Shown: positions 29,636 to 39,200 of the stretch, piece after piece
Layout: each line of letters opens with the position of its first letter
Position numbering within the stretch: the stretch's first letter is position 1
DNA from: Candidatus Pacearchaeota archaeon
Lineage (GTDB): Archaea; Nanobdellota; Nanobdellia; UBA10117; JABICX01
NCBI GenBank assembly: GCA_017608025.1
Contig: JAFCGM010000001.1
Span: 78,885 to 142,884, forward strand
Length of the DNA stretch: 64,000 nucleotides
Direction: 5' to 3'
Translations under genes and position numbers: made by a program
Notes under the pieces: generated by a model
Told to the model about the DNA's origin: nothing
Database searches by the model: none
What the model saw: the letters and a program-made list of their open reading frames with translations, nothing else

Positions 29636-30538
29636 TTATATGCTTATTTTGTCAAAATCCTTTGCAAACTTTGAGTTTTTGAATACAGATATGGCTTCCT
29701 TTTCAAGTTCTTTTGTGTTTTTGTACCTTTGGCTGAAGTGAAGTATGTAGAGTTCTTTTGATTTGGATTTCTTTGCAAGCTTTGCTGCATCCTTGACTGT
29801 CATGTGCCCGCCTTTTTCCCTTGCCTTTTCTCTGAGCTTGTTTGAGAATGTGCCTTCTGAAATCAAAATGTTTGAGTCCTTTACAAATTCAGTAAGGTCT
29901 GGAAAGAATTCTGTGTCGAGGACTACTGAGATTTTCTTTCCTTTTTCAATATAAACAGCGTCCTTTGGTTTTATTTCCTTTCCTTCAACATTAATTGATT
30001 TTCCTTCAAGCAAAGGCTTCACTTTAGGGGTGTCTTGCAGCCCGTATTTGGTAAGAACTTTTTTGTTAAGCTTTTTTCTGTCTTTTTCCTTAAAGAAGTA
30101 AGCTACAGTAGGGATTGAGTGATTTACATTCATTCCATATATTTCATATGTTTTTTCGTCAACCACCTTGACTGGCTTTTTTGATGAAAATTCTTTTATT
30201 TTGACTTTAAATGGCAAGCCTATTTTGAATGCTTCCATTATTTCTTTGAATTTTTTCTTTGTTCCTGTTGGTCCATAGATTTCAAGAGAAGGAATTCGGT
30301 TTGATGTTGCAAGAGATTGTATTAGACCTGGAAGACCAAAAACATGGTCCCCATGCCAGTGAGTGATGAATATTTTACTGATTTTCATTGGATTTTCTTT
30401 TGCTATTCTAAACTGACGCTGAGTTCCTTCTCCACAGTCAAAGAGCAAGGACTCACCATTGTACTTGAGAAGCACTGCTACGTGATTTCTTTTTTCTGTT
30501 GGATATGCTGAGCTTGTGCCCAGAAAAACGACTTTCAT
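29636..30538 (-). CDS. rnz: Ribonuclease Z (tRNA 3' endonuclease, metallo-beta-lactamase fold)
   Basis: MKVVFLGTSSAYPT...FDCGEGTQRQ ... ITHWHGDHVFGLPGL (HxHxDH motif). Confidence 0.7.
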   Translation of the reverse strand: MKVVFLGTSSAYPTEKRNHVAVLLKYNGESLLFDCGEGTQRQFRIAKENPMKISKIFITHWHGDHVFGLPGLIQSLATSNRIPSLEIYGPTGTKKKFKEIMEAFKIGLPFKVKIKEFSSKKPVKVVDEKTYEIYGMNVNHSIPTVAYFFKEKDRKKLNKKVLTKYGLQDTPKVKPLLEGKSINVEGKEIKPKDAVYIEKGKKISVVLDTEFFPDLTEFVKDSNILISEGTFSNKLREKAREKGGHMTVKDAAKLAKKSKSKELYILHFSQRYKNTKELEKEAISVFKNSKFAKDFDKISI

Positions 30539-30591
30539 TATAGTGTAGAGTAAACAGCAATTCTTTTAAAACTTGTTCTTTATTTTAATTC

Positions 30592-31131
30592 ATGAAAAAA
30601 CAAGAAGTTTCTGGGGACATTGTAAGGGGAAAGGTTATTATTGAGGATGATTTTCAAAAAGCGCAGTATCTGAACAGTAGGAGTTTTTTCGGCGAAGTAA
30701 AGGGTGGCAAAAATCCAAGATTGGAATTGTCGCTTTTTGAAGCACTTTATCTTAAGGAAGACGAAAAGTTGAGTGTCAAGAAAAATTCGAAGAAGATTTC
30801 TGTTAAGGCATTTATTGAAAAAGCAGAGAAAGTTATTGATGATTTTTATTCTAAATATTGCGTTTTCAAAGATTTAAGAACTCGCGGATACATTCTTAAG
30901 ACTGCTTTGAAATTTGGAGCAGATTTTAGGGTTTATGACAAAGGAGTCAAGCCAGGAAAGAAGCACGCTCGCTGGCTGCTTTATTGCGCTGATGAAAATG
31001 AAAAAATGACCTGGAAGCAGTTTTCTGCAATGAATCGCGTTTCACACTCAACAAAAAAAGCCCTTTTGGTCGGAATTGTTGATTCTGAAGGCGATGTTAC
31101 CTATTATGAGATTAATTGGATTCGGCCTTAA
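30592..31131 (+). CDS. endA: tRNA-splicing endonuclease catalytic subunit (EndA, homotetramer type)
   Basis: N-terminal domain SFFGEVKGG...ELSLFEALYL. Catalytic C-terminus VFKDLRTRGYILKTALKFGADFRVYDKG...HARWLLY with conserved Tyr/His/Lys positions. Confidence 0.65.
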   Translation: MKKQEVSGDIVRGKVIIEDDFQKAQYLNSRSFFGEVKGGKNPRLELSLFEALYLKEDEKLSVKKNSKKISVKAFIEKAEKVIDDFYSKYCVFKDLRTRGYILKTALKFGADFRVYDKGVKPGKKHARWLLYCADENEKMTWKQFSAMNRVSHSTKKALLVGIVDSEGDVTYYEINWIRP

Positions 31132-31233
31132 TTTCTTTTAGTGGAGGTTTTCTTTTTAAGAAAAAGTCCTATGAGATTAATTGGATTCGGCCTTAATTTC
31201 TTTTAGTGGAGGTTTTCTTTTTAAGAAAAGTCT
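31107..31233. repeat. Perfect ~64-bp tandem duplication (31107..31170 and 31171..31233) of the last 8 codons plus stop of endA and 40 bp of downstream sequence
   Basis: Direct reading: atgagattaattggattcggccttaatttcttttagtggaggttttctttttaagaaaa(a)gtc occurs twice head-to-tail. Confidence 0.7.
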
Positions 31234-31246
31234 TAGTTTTGTAAAC

Positions 31247-31513
31247 TTAATTAATATCTTCTTTTTCTAAGTAATTGCTAAGGTCATAGTCATCAACAGG
31301 TTCTTCTGGGGTGTAAACAATTTCAACTTCCTCATCTTTGGTTTTAAGATGAACTGGCAGAGTTCCATTTATGTAATTAAGAACTTCAGAACTTGCATTA
31401 TAATTAGGCGTGTTGGAAGAAGTTTTTTCTAGTTGTAATTGTTCTCCCCGAGACCTTATTTCATTTCTTATGTCGAAAAGTTTCTCAAGTTCAAGTTTTT
31501 CCTTGTTTTTCAT
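31247..31513 (-). CDS. Hypothetical protein (88 aa)
   Basis: ORF only. No recognisable motif. Confidence 0.3.
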   Translation of the reverse strand: MKNKEKLELEKLFDIRNEIRSRGEQLQLEKTSSNTPNYNASSEVLNYINGTLPVHLKTKDEEVEIVYTPEEPVDDYDLSNYLEKEDIN

Positions 31514-31572
31514 AAAATACTAATCCAAAGAATTTCTTTAAATAAAAAGATTATTAAAATAAAGAAAAGGAA

Positions 31573-31920
31573 TTATCCCCAGAACTCATGTGTTACTTTT
31601 ATAGGTTTTCCGTCTGTGGAATAAATTTCTATTGGATACATCAAACCAAGATCTTCAAGCTCTTTTGCTGTTCTATTTATCTTTGATATATTTTCTTGAT
31701 TTAATCTTTTTTGTGTGAGATTATGAATTTTGTTTATTAAACTCACATTTTTAGAATCATATTTAATTGTTGCAATATCTCCGATTGTTAGTTCAGAGCA
31801 AGCAGGGCAAGAATACTCTTCTGTTTCTGCTTTACATTCTGCTGGCTTTTCTTTTGTTATGTTGCTGTTTTTTATATATCTAAATTCTTTTTTTGGTGTT
31901 AGTGCGCCTTCAAATAACAT
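31573..31920 (-). CDS. Hypothetical protein with an N-terminal Cys cluster (C..x9..CPAC)
   Basis: ORF. Possible small metal-binding motif. Confidence 0.3.
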   Translation of the reverse strand: MLFEGALTPKKEFRYIKNSNITKEKPAECKAETEEYSCPACSELTIGDIATIKYDSKNVSLINKIHNLTQKRLNQENISKINRTAKELEDLGLMYPIEIYSTDGKPIKVTHEFWG

Positions 31921-32029
31921 TTTTTTCTCCCATTAACTTTAAGGTAGTTAATACAGGATTTTCTATTTTATTTTGTGTTTATAAATATTTTGTTTTATGA
32001 TACTTTGTGATATGTATTTCAGAAAGAGA

Positions 32030-32911
32030 TTATTGTTCTATTTTTTCCCGAGCTCTTGAGAATACACTTTCTATTCTATCAGATAAATCTGTGTTTTCCT
32101 TTTCTTTTTGATAAGACAGAATTTGCATATATTCTGAATTAGCGCGCATAGAGTAGAAATCATTTCCTGTTTCCTTAGCAATTATTGATAGAGCGTTTGC
32201 ACCACTTAATCTTTCCTCAAGCGCCAAAACTTTTGAACCTACAACTTCGTATGCAATGGAAGATATTTTTTTATTTTTGCGCCATCTTTCAAGCCAGAGA
32301 AGTCTTTTTTCTTTTTTTGTTTCTTCAGGCAGAGAATTGTCTCTGCTGATTTCTATAGCTATTTTCCTAGCGTATTTTCCAGCGTAGCTTATTATATCTG
32401 CACAGACTTTTTCAGAAAATCCGTATTTTTCTCCAAATTCAAGAGCCATTGAATAAAATCGCATGCTAATATTATATGCATTAACTAAGTTCTTAGTGTT
32501 GCCTGTTTTTTTGAATTTATCCCTATACTTTAAAATTTCTTTCTTGTATTTTCTTTTACAGCTTTCTACCAATGCTTTGCTTATTAAATCCCATAGTTCA
32601 GCTGTTTCGCTGTCTTCTGCTACCAAAGCCATGTATCTTGCTGCTTTTGCAGCATTTCTCTTGGAGTAATTCTCAGAAATTCGCGCTTCAAATGTCCTGT
32701 ATGATTTTAGCAAAGATATATTTTCTTTAAAAGCATTATATACTCGCTCGATTGTTTTTTGAGAAATTTCTTCCTTGTTGTCTTTGCAGAAAAACGGCCA
32801 AGTTGATTTGTTGAATTCTATTATGCTTTCTAAATCCTTTTCTTTCTTTTCAAATTTATCTAACAAAAGAATTAGTTTTTTTTCAGTTTCATTCATTATG
32901 AATTTAATCAT
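32030..32911 (-). CDS. Hypothetical all-helical protein (293 aa)
   Basis: ORF. No recognisable catalytic motif. Confidence 0.35.
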   Translation of the reverse strand: MIKFIMNETEKKLILLLDKFEKKEKDLESIIEFNKSTWPFFCKDNKEEISQKTIERVYNAFKENISLLKSYRTFEARISENYSKRNAAKAARYMALVAEDSETAELWDLISKALVESCKRKYKKEILKYRDKFKKTGNTKNLVNAYNISMRFYSMALEFGEKYGFSEKVCADIISYAGKYARKIAIEISRDNSLPEETKKEKRLLWLERWRKNKKISSIAYEVVGSKVLALEERLSGANALSIIAKETGNDFYSMRANSEYMQILSYQKEKENTDLSDRIESVFSRAREKIEQ

Positions 32912-32980
32912 GCAGTAGTAGATTTTTAACTTTTTATATATGCCAGAAATCTTTTTAATCTAACATTTCTTAAAAAGAAC

Positions 32981-34438
32981 ATGAAAGATGAGGATTTTGC
33001 TTCATTTGCAAAGAAGAATCATTTTATTTGGGGTCCTGAGCCAGAAATTTACGGAGGTTCTGCAGGACTTTACTCTTACGGCCTTAATGGAAAGCTTTTG
33101 AAGAACAAAATTGAGAATCGTTTTCGGGAAATTTTCATTTTAAATGATTTTTGGGAAATTGAAACTCCTTTGATTACACCAGAGGCGGTTTGGAATGCTT
33201 CGGGACATTTGGAGAAATTTGTTGACAAGATTTTAGTTTGTTCAAAATGCAATTCAATGGTTCGGGCAGACAATTTTATTGAGAAGCAGCTCAAAATTGA
33301 TGCTTCATCTTTTACTGACAAAAAAATTCTTGAAACTGTGACAAAGAAAAACCTTAAGTGCCCTCGATGCAATGGGAGGTTTCTAGAGGAAGTTCGGCAT
33401 TTTAATTTGATGATGAAAACAAATCTTGGATTTGAGGATGCTTATATAAGGCCTGAGACAGCAACAACAACTTATCTTCCATTTAAGAATTTTTATGATT
33501 TTTTTAGGAAAAAGCTTCCTTTTGGTGTTTTCCAGATCGGAAAGGCTTTCCGTAATGAGGTTTCTCCGAGGCAGAACATTTTGAGAATGAGAGAATTCAC
33601 TCAAGCAGAGGCGCAGTTGTTTATTTTTGAAAACGAGAAAAACAAGTTTTCCAAAATTAAAAACATTCTTGAAGAATCTCTGCCTTTAATTCCAGTAAAA
33701 GCAAGAAAAAAGAGGAATGCAACAATAAAGCAGGCGTTAAAAGAGAAATGGATACTGAACAAGGCTTTAGCATGGGCAATCTGGCTTTCTTATGAATATG
33801 CGCTTTCTCTTGGGATTCCAAAGAATAGAATTAGGTTTCGGCAGCATGCAAAAGAGGAAATGGCTCATTATGCAGAAGATGCATGGGACTTGGAAGTGAG
33901 GACAGAAAATTATGGCTGGATTGAGGTAATTGGAAATCATGATCGAGGAAATTTTGACCTGAAGCAGCACGGAAAGTTTTCGGGTCAGAATATGAGTGCA
34001 GAAGGCAAGGTTCCTGGAATTGTTGAAATAGCAGCAGGAATTGACAGGCTTTTTTTCTGCCTTATTGAGAATTCATATGTTTCTGAAAATGTTAATGGAA
34101 GAAAGAGAGCTGTTTTGAAGTTCAAACCCAAGGTTGCGCCGATTCAGGCAGCTGTTTTTCCACTTCAATTAAAGGACAAACTGCCAGAACTTGCAAGAAA
34201 GATTTATTTAGATTTGAAAAATTTTTTTCCAGGATTTACAATTATTTATGATGAAGCAGGAAGCATTGGAAAGAGATACAGGAGAATGGATGAAGTTGGA
34301 ACTCCGTTCTGCATTACAATTGACTATGATTCTTTGAAAGATAAGGATGTTACGATTCGAGATAGAGATTCAATGAAGCAGAAACGAGTTAAAATTATAG
34401 ACTTGCCTGCGGTCTTGAGTGTTGGTTTGAGTAAATAA
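32981..34438 (+). CDS. glyS: Glycyl-tRNA synthetase (archaeal/eukaryal alpha2 type)
   Basis: FIWGPEPEIYGGSAGLYSYGLNGKLLKNKIENRF...IETPLITPEAVWNASGHLEKF matches the GlyRS N-terminus. Class II motifs and a C-terminal anticodon-binding domain. Confidence 0.75.
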   Translation: MKDEDFASFAKKNHFIWGPEPEIYGGSAGLYSYGLNGKLLKNKIENRFREIFILNDFWEIETPLITPEAVWNASGHLEKFVDKILVCSKCNSMVRADNFIEKQLKIDASSFTDKKILETVTKKNLKCPRCNGRFLEEVRHFNLMMKTNLGFEDAYIRPETATTTYLPFKNFYDFFRKKLPFGVFQIGKAFRNEVSPRQNILRMREFTQAEAQLFIFENEKNKFSKIKNILEESLPLIPVKARKKRNATIKQALKEKWILNKALAWAIWLSYEYALSLGIPKNRIRFRQHAKEEMAHYAEDAWDLEVRTENYGWIEVIGNHDRGNFDLKQHGKFSGQNMSAEGKVPGIVEIAAGIDRLFFCLIENSYVSENVNGRKRAVLKFKPKVAPIQAAVFPLQLKDKLPELARKIYLDLKNFFPGFTIIYDEAGSIGKRYRRMDEVGTPFCITIDYDSLKDKDVTIRDRDSMKQKRVKIIDLPAVLSVGLSK

Positions 34439-34507
34439 GGCCTTTATAAATTTGTTTTTAGCAGTCCGCAAATTTTTATAAGTGCGAATTTCAAAGAAAA
34501 AATTAAG

Positions 34508-34705
34508 ATGAAAAACCAAATTTCTATTGAAGATTTTTTAAGAGCAAAAGAGATTGCACAAAAACAGAAGACTTTGAAAGATGAGATGCCAGACGTTGAT
34601 AAAATTGCTGAATACATAAACAGCGAAAATTATACTCCTTTTGAAAGAAATAGAAAACTGCTTCTTCCAAAAATTAGTAGAAATTACAAATTAGATGAAT
34701 TTTAA
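34508..34705 (+). CDS. Hypothetical small protein (65 aa)
   Basis: ORF. Its last 5 codons lie within repeat copy R1. Confidence 0.25.
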   Translation: MKNQISIEDFLRAKEIAQKQKTLKDEMPDVDKIAEYINSENYTPFERNRKLLLPKISRNYKLDEF

Positions 34706-34974
34706 CTCATATAATATTTTATGGTGCAGTCTGTCTCGCCCAGACTGTGCGGCAGCGACCAAATTCTGGTTGAAGGTCACTTTTATATGAATTTTAACTC
34801 ATATAATATTTTTTGATGCTCTGAAAGTTTTGTGGTCCTCCTAGCCGAGAGACCCAGGCTGGCGACGAATGTTGGTAATGAAAAGTCGCTTAAATATACA
34901 ATTTCATTAAGATTATTCAAATTCAGTTAGATGAATTTTAACTCATATAATATTTTTTGATGCTCTGAAAGTTT
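34693..34974. repeat. Three direct copies (34693..34719 partial; 34787..34830; 34929..34974) of gatgaattttaactcatataatatttt(ttgatgctctgaaagtttt), the 3' end plus stop of gene 34927..35208. They are separated by two inserts that each carry a gcgacNaaTNtTGGTNaNgaa..gtcRc hairpin (34754..34779; 34860..34889).
   Basis: Direct reading. The third copy encodes KLSEHQKILYELKFI-stop of the minus-strand ORF. Confidence 0.6.
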
Positions 34975-35208
34975 TATGTTGAGAAGCTTTTTTGCAAACA
35001 AGACAATGTCCTCTTCATCTTTTTCAACATAGCCGTCTTTGTAGACTGTTTTTAATATTGTTTTGTATATGTCCAGGCGGTTGGCATTTTCAGGTAGCTT
35101 TGCAAGCTCTGACAGAATTTCATCTTCCTGATCTGAGATTTTCCTGTCATTGTCTTTTGCTTCCTTTTCAATTAGGTTCATTATTTCAATTACATTAGGC
35201 AGTTTCAT
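34927..35208 (-). CDS. Hypothetical small protein (93 aa)
   Basis: ORF; overlaps the start of the downstream M50-like gene by 4 bp. Confidence 0.3.
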   Translation of the reverse strand: MKLPNVIEIMNLIEKEAKDNDRKISDQEDEILSELAKLPENANRLDIYKTILKTVYKDGYVEKDEEDIVLFAKKLLNIKLSEHQKILYELKFI

Positions 35209-35810
35209 AAAATCCCTCCGATTAGATTAAAGAGCGAGATAATAACTTTTGAACCGTCCAGAGGAGGAATTGGCAACATATTTAGTATGAAAAGCCAGAT
35301 GTTTATTCTTTTTGTAAGGTAGAGAATTCTTTTCCATTTTGATGAAAGCTTTGCATATTTTAGGGTGAGGATTGCGCCAGTGAAGAGAAGAAGGTTTGCA
35401 AAAGGGCCTGCAAATGAGATAATGAATGTTTGCCAAGGAGTTGTGTTTGCTGCGACGATTTGGACATAGCCAGGAATAAAAAAGATTATTCCAGAGCCAA
35501 TTGCTCGGAGAACAATTCCGATAGCAAGACCAAACAAGCTCATATTGTAGAAAGCAGGAATGCCTAAGGCAAGTGAAGCGAATTTATGGAAAAGTTCATG
35601 CAGGATTATTGCAGGTATGCCTATCATTGCAGCCATTTTAAATTCTTCAACATCAAACAATGAAAGGCTTGGTTTGAAAACTCCAGGCCGGATTTGTTTG
35701 AAGAACTGCTTTTTCGGGACAAAGGCAGTGAAGATATAGCTTATTGCTAAAGCAGTTATAGCAATAGCAAATATTTCTGCAAAGCTTGTTATCTGGTTCA
35801 AAGGAAGCAT
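35205..35810 (-). CDS. Membrane-embedded zinc metalloprotease, M50/S2P-like (HExxH)
   Basis: ILHELFHKFASLAL HExxH motif inside a TM helix; about 6 TM segments. Confidence 0.45.
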   Translation of the reverse strand: MLPLNQITSFAEIFAIAITALAISYIFTAFVPKKQFFKQIRPGVFKPSLSLFDVEEFKMAAMIGIPAIILHELFHKFASLALGIPAFYNMSLFGLAIGIVLRAIGSGIIFFIPGYVQIVAANTTPWQTFIISFAGPFANLLLFTGAILTLKYAKLSSKWKRILYLTKRINIWLFILNMLPIPPLDGSKVIISLFNLIGGIL

Positions 35811-35915
35811 GCTTAAGATTAGGCGTACTTCTTTTTAATAGTTTTTCTTATTAATCAGTAACTACTATATTAGAGTGATGCAAATTTTTTAAATAACGTA
35901 ATACTAATTAATTGT

Positions 35916-36212
35916 ATGAGACTTGCTAAAAACAAACTGCTTTTGTCTGTTACAGCTATTGCTGTTCTGGGAATTGTTGCAACAACGATTTTTGTTTTCT
36001 CCAATTCAGAGTCTGGAGAATGTATTTTAGATTCAGATTGTGTTTCTGCTTCCTGCTGCCATGCAACAAGCTGTGTTCCAAAAGCAGAGGCGCCTGACTG
36101 CAGCACTGTTTTTTGCACCCAGGAATGCGTTCAAGGAACCCTTGACTGCGGACAGGCAGAGTGCAAGTGCGTAAGAGGAGAATGTGTAATAGAGCAGGAG
36201 ACTGAATTATGA
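35916..36212 (+). CDS. Small secreted Cys-rich protein (98 aa, 14 Cys)
   Basis: Signal peptide, then CILDSDCVSASCCHATSCVPKAEAPDCSTVFCTQECVQGTLDCGQAECKCVRGEC. Immediately upstream of the subtilase gene. Confidence 0.4.
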   Translation: MRLAKNKLLLSVTAIAVLGIVATTIFVFSNSESGECILDSDCVSASCCHATSCVPKAEAPDCSTVFCTQECVQGTLDCGQAECKCVRGECVIEQETEL

Positions 36213-36263
36213 ACAATGAAATAATTTCCAAAAATAAAATTAATATTTTAATAGGAGTGTTTA

Positions 36264-39200
36264 ATGGCTGACAAAAAAATTCAAATAAGTGTATCAATAG
36301 CTCTTGTATTAAGTATTTTATTCGTATTTAGCCCTTCTTTTACTGGTTTTCTTATATTGGAAGGAGAATCTGAAGATATGCAGGAAAACCTAGTGCAGGA
36401 TATGCTTAAGATTTCATTTTCAGACTCTAAAATTATTGATTGGCAGCCAACTCTTTCTGAAAACCAGTACATATCTGCTGTAGGTGTAAGTGGAGAATAT
36501 TCTGGTAGCGGTAATTTTCAAGTTTATCTTGTTGACAGAAATGAAGAATATCTTTTATTTAAAAGCTCTGACTTAAAGGTATCACCAATAACTGGATTCT
36601 TAGTAAAGGATAATCACCCAGTAAATAAGAATAAAGAAAAAACTAAAGAAAAGTTAATTTTTGAATCAGAGAAAAAAGAAGTTGAATCAGTTTATGAAAA
36701 TAGCTCTGAAGAAAAATCTGAAACTTCTGAGTCAGAAATTATAATTGAAAACAAAATAAATGAATCAACAATTATTCCCGAGGAAAACCAAACAATTAAA
36801 GAACCAGAAGAAAACATAACAACTAAAATTAATGAAAGTTATTCAGCAAATCAAACAATTGTAAACGAAGAACAAAATCAAACTATTGAAGAACCAAAAT
36901 CTATTGAACTTGAAAATCAAACAATTGAACATCCAGAAAATGAAACAATTGAAGAAGAGTTTGCATTTTCATTTAAAGAATTATATTTTGTTGAAATATC
37001 AAACACAAATCTAAAATTAAGAATAGAAACAGATGGAGATGTTAATGGAGTCATTTCTTCAATAACATATAATGTGAAAGATTTACCTGAGCAGATTAAA
37101 AATGAAACAATAGAGCAGTTACTAGTTCCTGAAAATCAAACCATCCAAAACAAAGAGATGTTTGAAGTTATTATTGTTCCAAAATCTAAAGAATTTGTTT
37201 TAGAACCAGTATCTGCGCATAAATCTGATTTTGCAATACAGGAAAATAATACTAAATTCTCAAAGCATGATTTTGTTAAGCTGGACAAGGAAGTTATTAA
37301 AGAACTTGAAAATAAAGGTGTTGAAGTTGATAGTGTTTTAAAAGAAAAAAAAGTTGCTAAAAATGTAAGCATGAAAGCAGCAGAGTTTAAGGATTCAGTT
37401 AAGATTATTGGAAAATACAGAAACACAAAAGCAGTAATTGCAGAAGTTACTGCAGATGAGCTTTTGGCACTTGAAGATAATCTTGATATTGAAAAAGTTT
37501 ACACAACATCACAGACACTTTATCATGCGCTTTTGCAGGATTCAGTTGGAATAATAAATGCAACGCAAACATATGCAATTCAAGTTAATGAAACGAATAT
37601 AACTGGAGCAGGACAGGTTGTCTGCGTAATTGATTCTGGAATTGATTATACGCATCCAGACTTTTGGGGAAACTATTCAGCAATAAATATATCAGAAACA
37701 TTTAATGTTACATCTGGCTATGTTTATTACAACAGCACAAATGTTTCACACACGATTTTTTTAATTAACTCTTCAGCACTTTCAATAACAGAAAACTACA
37801 CTATAGAATTTTCATTTGATAATTCAACATGGTTTAATGACACTGAAAAATGGCAACCACCTTATTATAATAATACAACTCTTTACTATAAAATAAACAC
37901 TACATTATTTTCAGCAAATAACTCTATTGTAACAATCTCAGGAATTTCTGTTTTTATTGCAGTTGAACCGAAAATTATTGGCGGATATGATTTCTCAAAT
38001 TCAGATAATGATGTTTTAGATGACCACGGACATGGAACTCATGTTGCCGGAATAATTGCTGCAAACGGCGGAATCAAAGGAGTTGCACCTGATGCAAAAC
38101 TTGTTATTGTCAAAGTTCTGGATTCTGCAGGAGGAACATCTAGCTCTGTTTTCAGGGACGGATTTTATTACTGCGCAAATTACTCAAACACGCACAGTGA
38201 AAATATATCAGTAATTAGTGTAAGCATTGGAAGCGATAGCACTTATTCCAGCTACTGCGATAATTCAGATACAACAATTTTTCCTGCAATTGATTATACT
38301 GTAACAACAAAGCAAATTCCTTTAATTATTGCAACAGGAAATACGAATGGAGCAGAGACAAATGCAACAAGCGGAATATCTTCACCATCTTGTTTTGAGA
38401 ATGTGTCGCGCGTATCTGCAACAGACAAGAGTTTGTATATGGCAGGTTATGCTTTTAGGCATAAAATATTTACAGACATAATTCTTGCTCCAGGAAGCTC
38501 AATAAATTCAACATGCATGAATGGGGAATATTGTTTTAAATCAGGAACCTCAATGGCAACACCGCATGTTGCAGGCGTAATTGCTCTTATGTCGCAGAGC
38601 TATGAACTGAGTGAATCTTCAAAAACTCCTGCAGAAATTGAGCAGGTTCTTCTTGACTCTGGATTTTCAATTTATGATTCAGCTTCTGGGTCAAACTACA
38701 CTTTTGTTGATGCTTATGCTGCTGTGAATTCGGCTCCGACAATCGATTTCTGGCAGATAAGGACAATGAACGGCTCAAGACAGATTTCAATTTACAACAA
38801 TTCACTAGGAGTTCAGCAGATTGATGCTTATATTAACAATGAGACAAATTCTTGGTTTGATGTAAATGCTTCAGATGTTAATTCAGACACCTTAAGTTAT
38901 TACTGGATTCTTGATGGAACAGCCATAAACAGCAATCTAGCAAACTTTTCTGGATGTTTTGAAGCCAGCGACGAGGGAAACCACACTTTGAATCTGACTG
39001 TTTCAGACAGCATAGTTAACACAACAATTGAATTCAATCTGACAGTTCATCCAGATATTGCAAGTTCAGTTGAGAGGTATTTTGAAACAGGAGATCTGAT
39101 TAATTTCACTTTCACTGGCTCTGGAAGGAATTCAACTGCTGCTTGGTATGACAACTCAACAGCAAATATTTCTTTGACAGAGATTAACGATACTGATATT

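Noticed and set aside
34801-34831. Possible box C/D sRNA (tgatgc ... ctga) in the repeat
   Set aside because: The C-like and D-like boxes are only 2 nt apart, leaving no guide region. No second box pair and no K-turn arrangement.
34693-34974. Regularly repeated 27-47 bp sequences that might suggest a CRISPR array
   Set aside because: Only three copies, with unequal spacers (67 and 98 bp). The repeats are the coding 3' end of the adjacent gene. The spacers are homologous to each other. No cas genes are present in the window.
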